Below are positions 53,039 through 62,958 of a DNA stretch of 64,000 bases, piece after piece (positions within the stretch are counted from its first letter, which is position 1; each line of letters begins with the position of its first letter). The stretch comes from a virus (lineage: Duplodnaviria; Caudoviricetes): positions 160,001 to 224,000 of the IMG/VR virus record IMGVR_UViG_3300031555_004728. One strand, 5' to 3'. The notes below the pieces were generated by a model that was not told the origin of the DNA, did not search any database, and worked only from the letters and a program-made list of their open reading frames with translations. The position numbers and the translations under genes were made by a program.

Positions 53039-53329
53039 CAGCAAGATCTTGAAACTTATATATCATCATCCACAATGCCATATGTATTTATAACATGTAG
53101 AGAAACTGATTCTACTGAAGTTGTAGATATCTTAAATTGTATACTTGATGAATTACCTAATGATATTTTATTTGGTATTAGGTTAGAAGGTCATAATATT
53201 CCAAGACAGTTTGGATCAGGGTATTTATATGATAATAGTAATTATGGTTCACTAATATTATCTACATGGGATGCACCTGCATTTTTTAGAATTTATAATA
53301 AAGAAATAACAAGAATAGTTTTAACCTAG
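53030..53329 (+). other. Silent tail-fibre tip cassette 10
   Basis: NCNQQDLETYISSSTMPYVF...RIVLT* in frame with the core. Confidence 0.8.
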
Positions 53330-53356
53330 TTTTGTTTGAACTATAAATGGATAGTG

Positions 53357-53438
53357 GAACCAATTTTGTTAAGTTAACTTTCTCTATCTTTCGATAATTT
53401 CCTTTGATTACAGAAATCTTACTTAACAAAACTGCAAC
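53357..53438 (+). repeat. 82-bp element, copy 11
   Basis: Same arms and length. Confidence 0.96.
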
Positions 53439-53726
53439 CAGCAAGAAATTATAAATTGTATAGAATCCAATCATATATGGCTTTCCGATAATACTGGTGA
53501 AGATATTACAACATCTGTATATAATTTAGCAACATTTTTCCCAATTAATACATCATTCTGTTGCATACTTCAAACACCATCTGGTATTTGGAATGGTACA
53601 GGTTTTGTATATAAAGGAGCTGAAAATCAATTAAATGGGACATTCATATTATCAAGTGTTGCAGGTATATGTACTGTAAGAATATTAAATGGATATGCAC
53701 TAGGACAAATGTTATATACATTTTAA
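53430..53726 (+). other. Silent tail-fibre tip cassette 11 (no usable start)
   Basis: NCNQQEIINCIESNHIWLSD...GQMLYTF*; 98 sense codons open, missed by the ORF track. Confidence 0.82.
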
Positions 53727-53763
53727 AAATAGAGAAGATGGAATTTCCATCTTCTCTATTTAA

Positions 53764-54792
53764 TTATCTAAGATCATTAATAACTACAGCTGGATCATCT
53801 TCTTCAACTACCAAGTAATTATTACCACCACGTGATACTTCAGCAATTTCTCCACCATTAATAGTAAGAGTACATTTCTTGAATGTACCACTAGCATCAG
53901 TACTTGTGTTAGGTTTTTCAGGAGAACCAGCAAATGGAATTTCTCCACCAGCAAATAACTTATTAATAGTTCCTCCATTAATTACCATATCGATAGTATT
54001 CATTGTACCACGATTGATACCTTGAAGAATATTAATATTACCACCATTAACAACCAAAACACCCGTTCCTTCGTGACCATTAGAACCTCCTACTGTAACA
54101 TATGTTTCTGCAACAAAATCACCATCGATAATCATTGATAATGATTTAGCATATGAATATCCGTTTCCACCACCGTAAACAAGATTTTCACAAGTTCCAC
54201 CTGTAAGTTCCATTGTAATGTCTTCTACAATATTCCATGTATTATCAATATCACCATCATATTTAACTGATGAGCATGTACATGTATTAATCCATCTATC
54301 TGCTCCACCACCACGAATATTTCTACATTTACCACCTGTCATTTTAACAACAGCTTTTACAGTGTGTGATTTATGAAGACCACCACCAAATACGTGTTTA
54401 ACATATCCACCTTCAATAGTTACACTTGTATTTGTAAGTGTTTCATCATCATGTCTTCCACCAAATAAATTAAGTGTTGGTCCTGCAAGAATTTCTCCAC
54501 CATCCCATGTAATAAGGCAACCTTCTTCTCCATCAGGTCTTTCCTTTACAACAACTGGTGTACCATTAGCAAAGAAGAATTCTTCACCTTCAAGAATAAT
54601 AAGTTCTGTACTAGGTTCATCAACTTTAGCAGAAACTGAATTAATGAATGTCTCATTAACCATAGTTCTTACAATCTCTTCTACATCGGCTGTTGTAGCG
54701 ATAGGAGCATTGTTTGCTTTTTCTTGTTGCTCTCTGATCTCTTTACATGTTTCACCGATGAAACCAAGTAAGGTTTTATTTTTAGTAGACAT
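53764..54792 (-). CDS. Gly-rich repeat (beta-helix-like) putative virion protein
   Basis: Repeated V(F/Y)GGG / I.GG.I units; late-type promoter at 54822-54833. Confidence 0.55.
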   Translation of the reverse strand: MSTKNKTLLGFIGETCKEIREQQEKANNAPIATTADVEEIVRTMVNETFINSVSAKVDEPSTELIILEGEEFFFANGTPVVVKERPDGEEGCLITWDGGEILAGPTLNLFGGRHDDETLTNTSVTIEGGYVKHVFGGGLHKSHTVKAVVKMTGGKCRNIRGGGADRWINTCTCSSVKYDGDIDNTWNIVEDITMELTGGTCENLVYGGGNGYSYAKSLSMIIDGDFVAETYVTVGGSNGHEGTGVLVVNGGNINILQGINRGTMNTIDMVINGGTINKLFAGGEIPFAGSPEKPNTSTDASGTFKKCTLTINGGEIAEVSRGGNNYLVVEEDDPAVVINDLR

Positions 54793-54887
54793 AATAGCTA
54801 CCTTCCTTTCTTTTATAATATTAATAAACTGTTTTTAAGTCCATTTTTTAGACATTATTTTAAATTATTATTAGGAGGAAATTTAAG

Positions 54888-55133
54888 ATGTTTTCTGTTG
54901 AGAAATTAAATGAAATTAAATCTGAACTTGCAACTGTTTTAGAATCTGCTGAAAAAGAAGAAAAAGATCCGGTTGCTGAATTAGAGCAAAAAATAGAAGA
55001 TATTAAGAAAAAAGAAACTAGAGGTTTTATTTCAAAAGAAGAAGCTGAAGAAGGAATTTCAGATCTTCAAAAGAAATTAAAAGAAATCAAAAAAGAACTT
55101 TCTGAAAAGAAAGAAGATAAAAAAGAAGATTAA
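54888..55133 (+). CDS. Small charged protein
   Basis: 81 aa, GGAGG RBS; VLES and G.IS.EE motifs. Confidence 0.65.
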   Translation: MFSVEKLNEIKSELATVLESAEKEEKDPVAELEQKIEDIKKKETRGFISKEEAEEGISDLQKKLKEIKKELSEKKEDKKED

Positions 55134-55171
55134 AATAATCCTAGACTGAAAAATCAGTCTAGGATTTCTTT

Positions 55172-55750
55172 TTACAGAAGAATTGCTAATGCTTTAACAT
55201 ACTTATCTTTAAGAGAATCTGTTAAAGTATCATACAATTCAAAATGATGTTTGATGTCTGCAAGTTTAACAAACCATGCTGCTGAATATTGAGGTTTATT
55301 ATCTTTTATCATCTCAATATATGTATTGTATGGTTTTACAACTTTTGATTTTACTGGTTGATTGTCTTCATAATCGATATTTCTTGATACTAATTCAATA
55401 CATGATATGATGTAATCTTCAATAACTGTATTGTGGATTTCAGATAAAATATTTCTTAAATCCTCAAGTGTTACATCAGTATCTTCAATTAAATCATGTG
55501 AAATACCAACTATTTCAATTATGATTTCATCTTGGATTTCTAAAGCCATTCCTAACGTTCTTAACATTTCAGATGAATATTCAGCAACCTTTACAGCATG
55601 TTCATATGTAGCATCATCATACTTAACAAGTGCAAGTTCTTTTATTTTTGCATTTACTGTTAATAATCTTCTTGTTTCATCTGGTAAAATTCTATCCCAG
55701 ATAAAATTCATATTTCTTGCATGATCAACTATCATTATTTTGTCCTCCAA
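55172..55750 (-). CDS. HD-domain hydrolase, SpoT/Mesh1-like
   Basis: YEHA, HDLIEDT, VKLAD motifs. Confidence 0.75.
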   Translation of the reverse strand: MEDKIMIVDHARNMNFIWDRILPDETRRLLTVNAKIKELALVKYDDATYEHAVKVAEYSSEMLRTLGMALEIQDEIIIEIVGISHDLIEDTDVTLEDLRNILSEIHNTVIEDYIISCIELVSRNIDYEDNQPVKSKVVKPYNTYIEMIKDNKPQYSAAWFVKLADIKHHFELYDTLTDSLKDKYVKALAILL

Positions 55751-55953
55751 GTGATACGTCCTTTTGTTAAATCATATGGTGATATTTCAACAGTAACTTT
55801 ATCACCTGGTAAGATTTTGATAAAATTCGTTCTTAGTTTTCCACTTATGTGTGCTAATACTTCATGGTCATTTTCAAGTTTAACCTTAAACATAGCACCT
55901 GGTAACTTTTCAGTTACAACACCTTCCAATTCAATAAAATCTTCTTTTGACAT
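55735..55953 (-). CDS. infA: Translation initiation factor IF-1
   Basis: [33 protein letters not shown]...[23 protein letters not shown]. Confidence 0.97.
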   Translation of the reverse strand: MSKEDFIELEGVVTEKLPGAMFKVKLENDHEVLAHISGKLRTNFIKILPGDKVTVEISPYDLTKGRITWRTK

Positions 55954-55969
55954 TACATTTTCTCCTTCT

Positions 55970-56461
55970 TTATTTATATTGAGTATTCATTATATTATGT
56001 GCAATTATTTGCATATCTATTTTTTGATATTCTCCATTAAAGTCTGTTGCTAAACCTACCATACGTTTAGCAATACCTTCAATCAAATACTTTTCAGCAA
56101 TTTCTCTACTGGTATCTACAATTTTATGTGCAACTTGATCTGCAGATTTTTGATACTCATCAGTTTCAAGCAATGCTGCAACTTTATCATTTAGTACCTT
56201 ATATACATTATCCGAAACTATCTTTCTAAAAGATGTCATCTTTTCATATGTATAAGTACTTGTATTAGGTATTGATGCATCATTAAATGTGTTAAATACC
56301 ATTCTTATCATAGAATCTATTTCATTCTCATTTAAGTATCTTTCTAGTACATCATCTGTTAAAATATCTTTTACTTTTTCACGGATGACTTCTTTTGTAG
56401 TCTCTTTAATAATTTCATCCATGTTTGAATTTTCATTAGTTGTTTTCATATTTTCTGACAT
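55970..56461 (-). CDS. Hypothetical protein
   Basis: 163 aa, AGGAGA RBS. Confidence 0.7.
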   Translation of the reverse strand: MSENMKTTNENSNMDEIIKETTKEVIREKVKDILTDDVLERYLNENEIDSMIRMVFNTFNDASIPNTSTYTYEKMTSFRKIVSDNVYKVLNDKVAALLETDEYQKSADQVAHKIVDTSREIAEKYLIEGIAKRMVGLATDFNGEYQKIDMQIIAHNIMNTQYK

Positions 56462-56488
56462 AGTTTAAATCTCCTTTATTTTATATTC

Positions 56489-57316
56489 TTAAAAATAATA
56501 TATCTTTGAAAAAATATCAAAATATGAATAATCAATATGGAAAATTGCATAATATAATTTAACACTTCCATTATCTTCAAATTCATCTGACATAAATTCT
56601 ATATATGGTTTATCTTTTTCTGTATAGAATGGAAATAACTGTATATTACCTTCTATTTCTGGAAAGTCTTTATATTTAATACTGAATTTCTTTTTCATGT
56701 TAATTATATCTGGTTCTTCTTCATCATTAATAAATAATGAAATAAATAATTCAATATTATTCTTAATGAGTTCTAACTCATCATTCATCTTTGAGACTAA
56801 AGAATTTGTTTTTTCTTCATCACAAACTTCAATGACACCTAATTCTTTAGCCCTTGATAAGATAATATCTTTATCTTCAAGATTTTCTTCAACGAGACTT
56901 TTTAACTCCGATATATCTCGGATAAAAATGAGTTCGTTAGTTTCATTTTTAAATAAAATCTCTTTCATACATTCTTCAAATTCATCTTTTATTTTAATAA
57001 TGAATTTCCCTTTTAATGATTCCTGAGAGATAACTCCAGGAATGGAATATATACCATTGTAAATATATAGATCTTTTCTATATACTTTATTAAGTTTTAT
57101 TAGAAGACTTTTTAAATCTTTGGTAAGTCGTGTTTTTTCTTTTTTAAACTCTCTTAAAGCTTTAGCTTCATCCATAAGTCTTCTTTTTAATTCTTTTAAA
57201 CTTTTTAAATCATGCTCTTGATTATAGATTTCATCAAAATTTTCATAACCAAGAGCAGTCATTCTTTTTTCTATATCTTTTATTAAGTCTATTCTTGTAT
57301 CTACCATTCGAATCAC
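56489..57316 (-). CDS. Hypothetical protein
   Basis: 275 aa, co-oriented with the DNA polymerase gene. Confidence 0.7.
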   Translation of the reverse strand: MIRMVDTRIDLIKDIEKRMTALGYENFDEIYNQEHDLKSLKELKRRLMDEAKALREFKKEKTRLTKDLKSLLIKLNKVYRKDLYIYNGIYSIPGVISQESLKGKFIIKIKDEFEECMKEILFKNETNELIFIRDISELKSLVEENLEDKDIILSRAKELGVIEVCDEEKTNSLVSKMNDELELIKNNIELFISLFINDEEEPDIINMKKKFSIKYKDFPEIEGNIQLFPFYTEKDKPYIEFMSDEFEDNGSVKLYYAIFHIDYSYFDIFSKIYYF

Positions 57317-57723
57317 CTATTATAGTTTACATATCTGACTAAGTCAAATGCTATAATTCTTAGTTTATTATCATTTTTATTTTTACTACCCAATGCTCTG
57401 AGTTTTAACTCATAGTCTTTTTCCTTAAGATCTTCAAGAATATACACATATTCTTCTTTTATAGGTTTTACTATAATTTCTTCTTCTGTGAAACTAACTA
57501 ATCTAGCTATTATAGTTTTAGCATCCACTGTCATAAAATCAAGAATATTTTTAAATTTATTATCAATTCTAAGTGGATCATATGTTATAGGAAGACCGCA
57601 ACCAAATATATTATTTGATTTATTCTGTGCTTCGTATATTTGTTCTTTTACTAAATCTATATGAATAGATTTAGTTCCTAATATAAAATCAGCTTTATCT
57701 CTTTTAAATATTATATTCTTCAT
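57313..57723 (-). CDS. Hypothetical protein
   Basis: 136 aa, overlapping stop/start. Confidence 0.65.
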   Translation of the reverse strand: MKNIIFKRDKADFILGTKSIHIDLVKEQIYEAQNKSNNIFGCGLPITYDPLRIDNKFKNILDFMTVDAKTIIARLVSFTEEEIIVKPIKEEYVYILEDLKEKDYELKLRALGSKNKNDNKLRIIAFDLVRYVNYNR

Positions 57724-57725
57724 GA

Positions 57726-59609
57726 TTATACTCCTAAGTCTTTACATGCTTTCTTATATAATTTATCCAACGATGGTAAATTAAACCATTTTCTACCAGT
57801 ACATAACCAGTTTTTAGTTTGGAAATTATCAAAAGCTTCTTTAGCAACATCATCATGAAAATCTGATGTTTCTTTTGGTAATAATCTGACATTAGTTATA
57901 GTATGAACTTTTCTTGGACCACCAAGTACATTAAATTGACCTGCATCAAGAATACACTTAAAGTGTAATGTACTAGGGTCAATATTCATGGCGAATATTG
58001 TACTTGGATAGAAACTACTCATATCCATATCTATAGCATATTGGAATATATTATTTGACTTTTTACTTCCATATAAAGCCATACCAGTTGGAAGATTTAA
58101 TCTAGGATCACCTACAAGTGCACCCTCGAATCCAACTTTTTTCTTATCATCATCATCATCCTCATCTGGTTCTTCATCACTACCAAATGGTGTTAGGTTT
58201 ATATTTTCACCAGGAACCATTCCACGTGTTAAGAAATCCAAATATTGATAATTCCTAAGTTTTACAGTTTGTTTAAATTCTGAATCGTATGGTGTTATAT
58301 TTTGATATGCCGTAGCATAATAGTTTTCTAAATCTTTAGTTTTATCTTCAATACCTTTTTGAAGTAAAACGTCTTTGATGTTGTATATAAAATATTTCTT
58401 ATAATTCTTATAAGAGAAATATTTAATACTTCCTTCTTCACCATAATCTAATTTAGAATCACCCACTACTTTTTTACCTATATAATTAAGTGAGAATGAA
58501 CGTATTTCTGATTGACCTTTTCTAATAGCCGCATACGTTCTCATCTGACATGTATAATTAGTATATGATGTATTAAAAAAGTAGTCTGTTTTTGATTTAA
58601 TATCAAAATGAAAATTATCTTTTTTAAACCAGCATTCTTTAACTGGAAAATCTGGATGACAGAATAAATCCTTAGGATCTAATCCTAACTTCTGAGCACG
58701 CTTATAAATATAATTAACGTCAAATTCGAAGTTCCAGAAAGTTACAAAATCAAATTTCCTTTTATTAATTAATTCAAAAAGATGAACTAACATCTTTTTT
58801 TCATCTTTATAGAAAAAGAATTTATAATCTAAGACTCCATATACATCATCAAACATCTCATGAAGTTCTTTCTTTATATCTTCTTGATGCTCGATAAAAT
58901 CTATTTCCTGTTCAAGTCTACTTTTATGGAGTTCTCTTCTATATAATTCTTTATCTCTTTCACTTTGTGTCATATATGTTAAATCACGTTCAACATATTC
59001 ACGTCCAACCAAAGCAAATGTGTAACACTTGGATTCATCGTTATCCACAAGTGTTACTAAATCAATAGGACATGTATCTGGATTAGCCAATCCTTCAACA
59101 TCCAAAAAATCCGTCTCTATATCGGCAAATGCCTTTGATATAGGTTTAGGTCTTGAATTGTCATACATCATCATCCATTTATATCTATATAGTGCTCTTA
59201 CATCATAATCAGCACCATATACAAATGGATACATTAAAAAATTCTTAAGTTCTGAGTATCTATGAGTTTTATAGATATCAGAGGCTTGTCTTTTTAAACC
59301 ATCACCACCATCTTCAATTATGGCTGGTATAATATCTTTAAATGGTACACTTTTCTTTTCACACTTATCAAGATATTGATAGTTCAAACTGTATGGAACT
59401 CCATAAGGATCTAAATGTGTTGTCCTGTATTCTGGTTTTTCAAAGTATATGTCCACTGGTGGATTTGGTATTGTTGTAACGTGTTTTTCTTCTGTATCCA
59501 AATCTTTCCAAACGATATATAAAATATCTGGAGTTCCTTCTTTTTTGTTTTCTTTTACGTATTGGATATCTACAAGCATTGCAGAATCCTTTGGTATAAT
59601 TTTACCCAT
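57726..59609 (-). CDS. Family-B DNA polymerase subunit (3'-5' exonuclease plus motif A)
   Basis: ADIETD (ExoI), WNFEFD (ExoII), YNIKDV (ExoIII), FEGALV, DMDMSSFYPS; motifs B and C not seen. Confidence 0.8.
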   Translation of the reverse strand: MGKIIPKDSAMLVDIQYVKENKKEGTPDILYIVWKDLDTEEKHVTTIPNPPVDIYFEKPEYRTTHLDPYGVPYSLNYQYLDKCEKKSVPFKDIIPAIIEDGGDGLKRQASDIYKTHRYSELKNFLMYPFVYGADYDVRALYRYKWMMMYDNSRPKPISKAFADIETDFLDVEGLANPDTCPIDLVTLVDNDESKCYTFALVGREYVERDLTYMTQSERDKELYRRELHKSRLEQEIDFIEHQEDIKKELHEMFDDVYGVLDYKFFFYKDEKKMLVHLFELINKRKFDFVTFWNFEFDVNYIYKRAQKLGLDPKDLFCHPDFPVKECWFKKDNFHFDIKSKTDYFFNTSYTNYTCQMRTYAAIRKGQSEIRSFSLNYIGKKVVGDSKLDYGEEGSIKYFSYKNYKKYFIYNIKDVLLQKGIEDKTKDLENYYATAYQNITPYDSEFKQTVKLRNYQYLDFLTRGMVPGENINLTPFGSDEEPDEDDDDDKKKVGFEGALVGDPRLNLPTGMALYGSKKSNNIFQYAIDMDMSSFYPSTIFAMNIDPSTLHFKCILDAGQFNVLGGPRKVHTITNVRLLPKETSDFHDDVAKEAFDNFQTKNWLCTGRKWFNLPSLDKLYKKACKDLGV

Positions 59610-59710
59610 ATAAATACCTACTTTCTTTTAATATGAGTTTAAATTATTGTGCTTTGGTATATAAAAAAGAACTATGATGAAGAAGACAAAAATCTTCTTC
59701 ATCATATAAA

Positions 59711-60364
59711 TTAAATTGCCCAATATCCATCTACTGATATTAAACCTTCAATTTTATTAGTATTATCATATCCAGAACCACTTACTGTATAACATAATAA
59801 TGCAAATCCAGTGTCCCATAATTCTCTTATATAATAATTTTTTACAAACCACATTCCACCATGCAACGTAAACTGTGGACAGGCATTATAAATATTAAAT
59901 GGATAAAGACATGCTGTTGATGGTGTACCTGCACTATCTGATGTTGCACCATTAATACCTGATGCTACACACCATGCTTTACAATAGCCATTTTGATATT
60001 TTATATAATTCCAGTTATTTATTTTACCGCTTTCTACCATAGGATTTTCACGAGCCCACGGTTCAAATTTACGTACAACTGTAACACCATCAGAGTCATG
60101 CATTGTTAAATATGCTCTTCTATATACTCTTCCATTAATAGTTGTGAATTCTTGAAATTTATATATCCATGGAGATCCAGGTGAATTGAATGAACCGTTT
60201 CCATCATAAACCATAAGTCTACCAGCAGAAACTTGTGGGAGATTTAAACATGTTTCTGCCTCAGTATTTCCTTTTACATAATATATACCACTATCTAAAA
60301 CTGTATTAATATCAACATTTTCTAAGTATCCTTTAATAATAACAAGATTTTGAGAGTTGCAGTT
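59711..60364 (-). other. Silent tail-fibre tip cassette 12 (pyocin-knob-like plus C-terminal domain)
   Basis: NCNSQNL...DINTVLDSGIYY...NLP...GRLMV...QEFTT...VYRR...WNYIKYQNG...VDGYWAI*. Confidence 0.88.
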
Positions 60365-60437
60365 TTGTTAAGTAAGATTTCTGTAATCTTCGATAATTCT
60401 CTAAAGATAGAGAAATTTAACTTAACAAAATTGGTTC
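60356..60437 (-). repeat. 82-bp element, copy 12
   Basis: Reverse-complement copy. Confidence 0.95.
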
Positions 60438-60526
60438 ACACCCCTTTTTTCTTATAATTAATTTAGTATTAAATTATCAATTTAACAAATTTGTAATGTT
60501 TAACTTATATAAGGAGGTAAAAAATA

Positions 60527-60841
60527 ATGATTAAGAAATTATTTATTTCACAACCTATGAGGGGTAAAAGTGAAGAATATATTAAACATGAAAGAGAAGC
60601 AATGATAGCTAAAGCTATAGAAGAAGCAAAGAAAAAATATGGAGAAAACACAAGAGTTGCAATTATTGATTCATATTTTGAAGATTATGATGGAAATGCT
60701 GTAGGATTTTTATCAAAATCAATTGGTAAATTAGCAGAAGCTGATATAGCAGCATTTTCTCCTGATTGGGCATCTGCAAGAGGATGTAAAATTGAACATA
60801 CTATTTGTGAAGAGTATGAGATTGAAATTATTCTTGATTAG
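60527..60841 (+). CDS. DUF4406/nucleoside-deoxyribosyltransferase-like protein
   Basis: LFISQPMRG...LAEAD...W..ARGCKIEH. Confidence 0.7.
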   Translation: MIKKLFISQPMRGKSEEYIKHEREAMIAKAIEEAKKKYGENTRVAIIDSYFEDYDGNAVGFLSKSIGKLAEADIAAFSPDWASARGCKIEHTICEEYEIEIILD

Positions 60842-60851
60842 GTGATAGAGT

Positions 60852-61097
60852 ATGACTAATGAACCTATGACTATTTTTGAATATTTGGAATTTTGTGCTA
60901 AAAGAAAATTACGCACATATGAAAAGAAACTCATTGAAATGATGACGGCTGATGATGCTAGAACTACATCAATTGTAATTCCTCTTTCACATAATTCCGT
61001 AAATATGAATAAAACTAAATATGGATTAAAAGCATCAAATGTAGTTATTGATGATTTCAATCTTATTAATCAGGAGGTAGTAAATAATCATGAGTAA
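60852..61097 (+). CDS. Hypothetical protein
   Basis: 81 aa, in a co-oriented gene run. Confidence 0.6.
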   Translation: MTNEPMTIFEYLEFCAKRKLRTYEKKLIEMMTADDARTTSIVIPLSHNSVNMNKTKYGLKASNVVIDDFNLINQEVVNNHE

Positions 61098-62079
61098 AAA
61101 TTTTGATGATGATTCTTATGTGCCTTCTAGATATAGAGCTAAAGAAGCATTAGAGGATCTAGATGCATTAGAAGAGTTATTTATTCTTCCTTCAGATATA
61201 GCTAAAAGAGAAGAATCAAAAAAAGAAAGTAAGAAAAAAGAAACTGTTAGTGAACCTGATGATTTACTTGATACTGATTGGATGGATACTCTAAGTACTC
61301 TTAGAACTGAAAAGAAAAGATTCAAAAATGTAGAAGACTTATTTGGTGAAGGTGGAAAGAAAAAGAAGAAAAAGAAAAAGAAAAACGCTGATGGACCAAA
61401 AGACCATTCTGAAGATTTTGAAAATGAACTCAGATTACTTAGAAATATCTTAAAAGAACAAACAGGATTGTCAGATTCACTTCAGGAAAGATATGATACA
61501 TTAAACAGACAAAAATCATCAGCAAGAGGTGTTGGTAAATTTACAACAGATTTAATTGCTACATTAAATCATGCCCGTACATTAGAAAAAGACATAGTCA
61601 AAGAAATTACGGGTATAAAGAAGACTATTGCTGATTTAAATATGAAGGAACGTGAAAAATTCGGAAAACTTGAAAATATGAGTGATGAAGATATGAATCA
61701 ATTCGCTTCTACATATTTAAAGAAAATTATGGGTGCTAACCAAGACATTAATGGTGGATTTGGTGAATCAATAATTGATGATGTTATTGATGCAGATGAC
61801 TTTTATGGTGAATTAGATTTGAATATGAGAGAATCTGATGGATATGCATCTAGAAGTGAGGATGCTGACAAGTATCTCAAATATGAAAAACAACAAATTA
61901 CAGTAAAAATACTTTATGACCAAAGTGATGAAAGTATGCAATTCTTTGCAGAGAATGAAAATGGTGAAATAGTTGATGATTATCCATTACCTGGAACTAT
62001 TGATTCGGTTAGAATTAATCATTCAACTAAAATTGGTACAGATAGATTTGGTCAGAAGTTCCAAGTTATTTATCAATAA
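61090..62079 (+). CDS. Hypothetical charged protein
   Basis: 329 aa, GGAGG RBS, poly-Lys tract. Confidence 0.75.
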   Translation: MSKNFDDDSYVPSRYRAKEALEDLDALEELFILPSDIAKREESKKESKKKETVSEPDDLLDTDWMDTLSTLRTEKKRFKNVEDLFGEGGKKKKKKKKKNADGPKDHSEDFENELRLLRNILKEQTGLSDSLQERYDTLNRQKSSARGVGKFTTDLIATLNHARTLEKDIVKEITGIKKTIADLNMKEREKFGKLENMSDEDMNQFASTYLKKIMGANQDINGGFGESIIDDVIDADDFYGELDLNMRESDGYASRSEDADKYLKYEKQQITVKILYDQSDESMQFFAENENGEIVDDYPLPGTIDSVRINHSTKIGTDRFGQKFQVIYQ

Positions 62080-62290
62080 TAACAAAAAAGAAAGGAGTAG
62101 TTTTTACTACTCCTTTCTTTTATAAGGAAATCTTCTAGTTGAAATTCTATAATTGGTTCGTAATAATACCCAATATCAAATAATATAATTAAATCTCCTT
62201 TATTATAAATATTTTATTACATGAAAATAATATATCTATAAAAAAATTCGATAAAAACAGAGGAAGTAGATTTTCTACTTCCTCATTTAT

Positions 62291-62947
62291 TTAGTTAAAT
62301 AAACCATTTACTGTAATACTAAAATCACCAGTAATATATGATAATCCAGTCAAATCTGCTGTATCCATTCCATCATAATGATATACATGGATAAACAAGT
62401 TTCCATTAGAGCATTCAGTAACTACATTATGGATAGTTGAATTTTTCATAAATGTTGAATCATTACCTTCCGTCACATTAATTGAAGAATTATATGTATC
62501 CATAGTTTTCTTACCAGAAAAGTTTGATGGTAATGGAATTACAAATGTATATTTATGAATAGCAGATGTACTTCCATATTGAATCTCTTCTTCTACTTTA
62601 TTTCCATCTTCATCAATCTTTGTAATAATGAAACTTCCAGTAGCATCTCCACCTTCTTCTACAATATCTGGTGTTACAGCAATACTAGGTCTAACTCTTG
62701 TACTTAATTGGAATTTAGTTTCTCCATAAGTTAAGCAAGACCATCTATAAATGCTTCCTTCATGAGTAACATCTTCTGTATCATGTTTAATAAGCATTGT
62801 AGTTTGTATATCTTTTTCCCACTTTTCAAGAAGAGAGTCTCCATCAGGAAAGAAAACACATCTTGCTAATGTGTTTAATATTAATGGTTTTAAACTCTCA
62901 GTATGTTTATCTCTATATAGGAAAAAGGCTTTTTTTAAGTTTTTCAT
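62291..62947 (-). CDS. Hypothetical (possibly virion) protein
   Basis: 218 aa, GGAGG RBS. Confidence 0.7.
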   Translation of the reverse strand: MKNLKKAFFLYRDKHTESLKPLILNTLARCVFFPDGDSLLEKWEKDIQTTMLIKHDTEDVTHEGSIYRWSCLTYGETKFQLSTRVRPSIAVTPDIVEEGGDATGSFIITKIDEDGNKVEEEIQYGSTSAIHKYTFVIPLPSNFSGKKTMDTYNSSINVTEGNDSTFMKNSTIHNVVTECSNGNLFIHVYHYDGMDTADLTGLSYITGDFSITVNGLFN

Positions 62948-62958
62948 CTTTTACCCTC

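Noticed and set aside
53286-53474. 62-aa minus-strand ORF across element copy 11
   Set aside because: Antisense to cassettes 10 and 11; not called at other copies.
14071-60214. Cassette ORFs as independent small genes, as called in the ORF track
   Set aside because: The called starts are internal codons without RBS; the frames extend to the NCN core, and cassettes 2 and 11 have no usable start.
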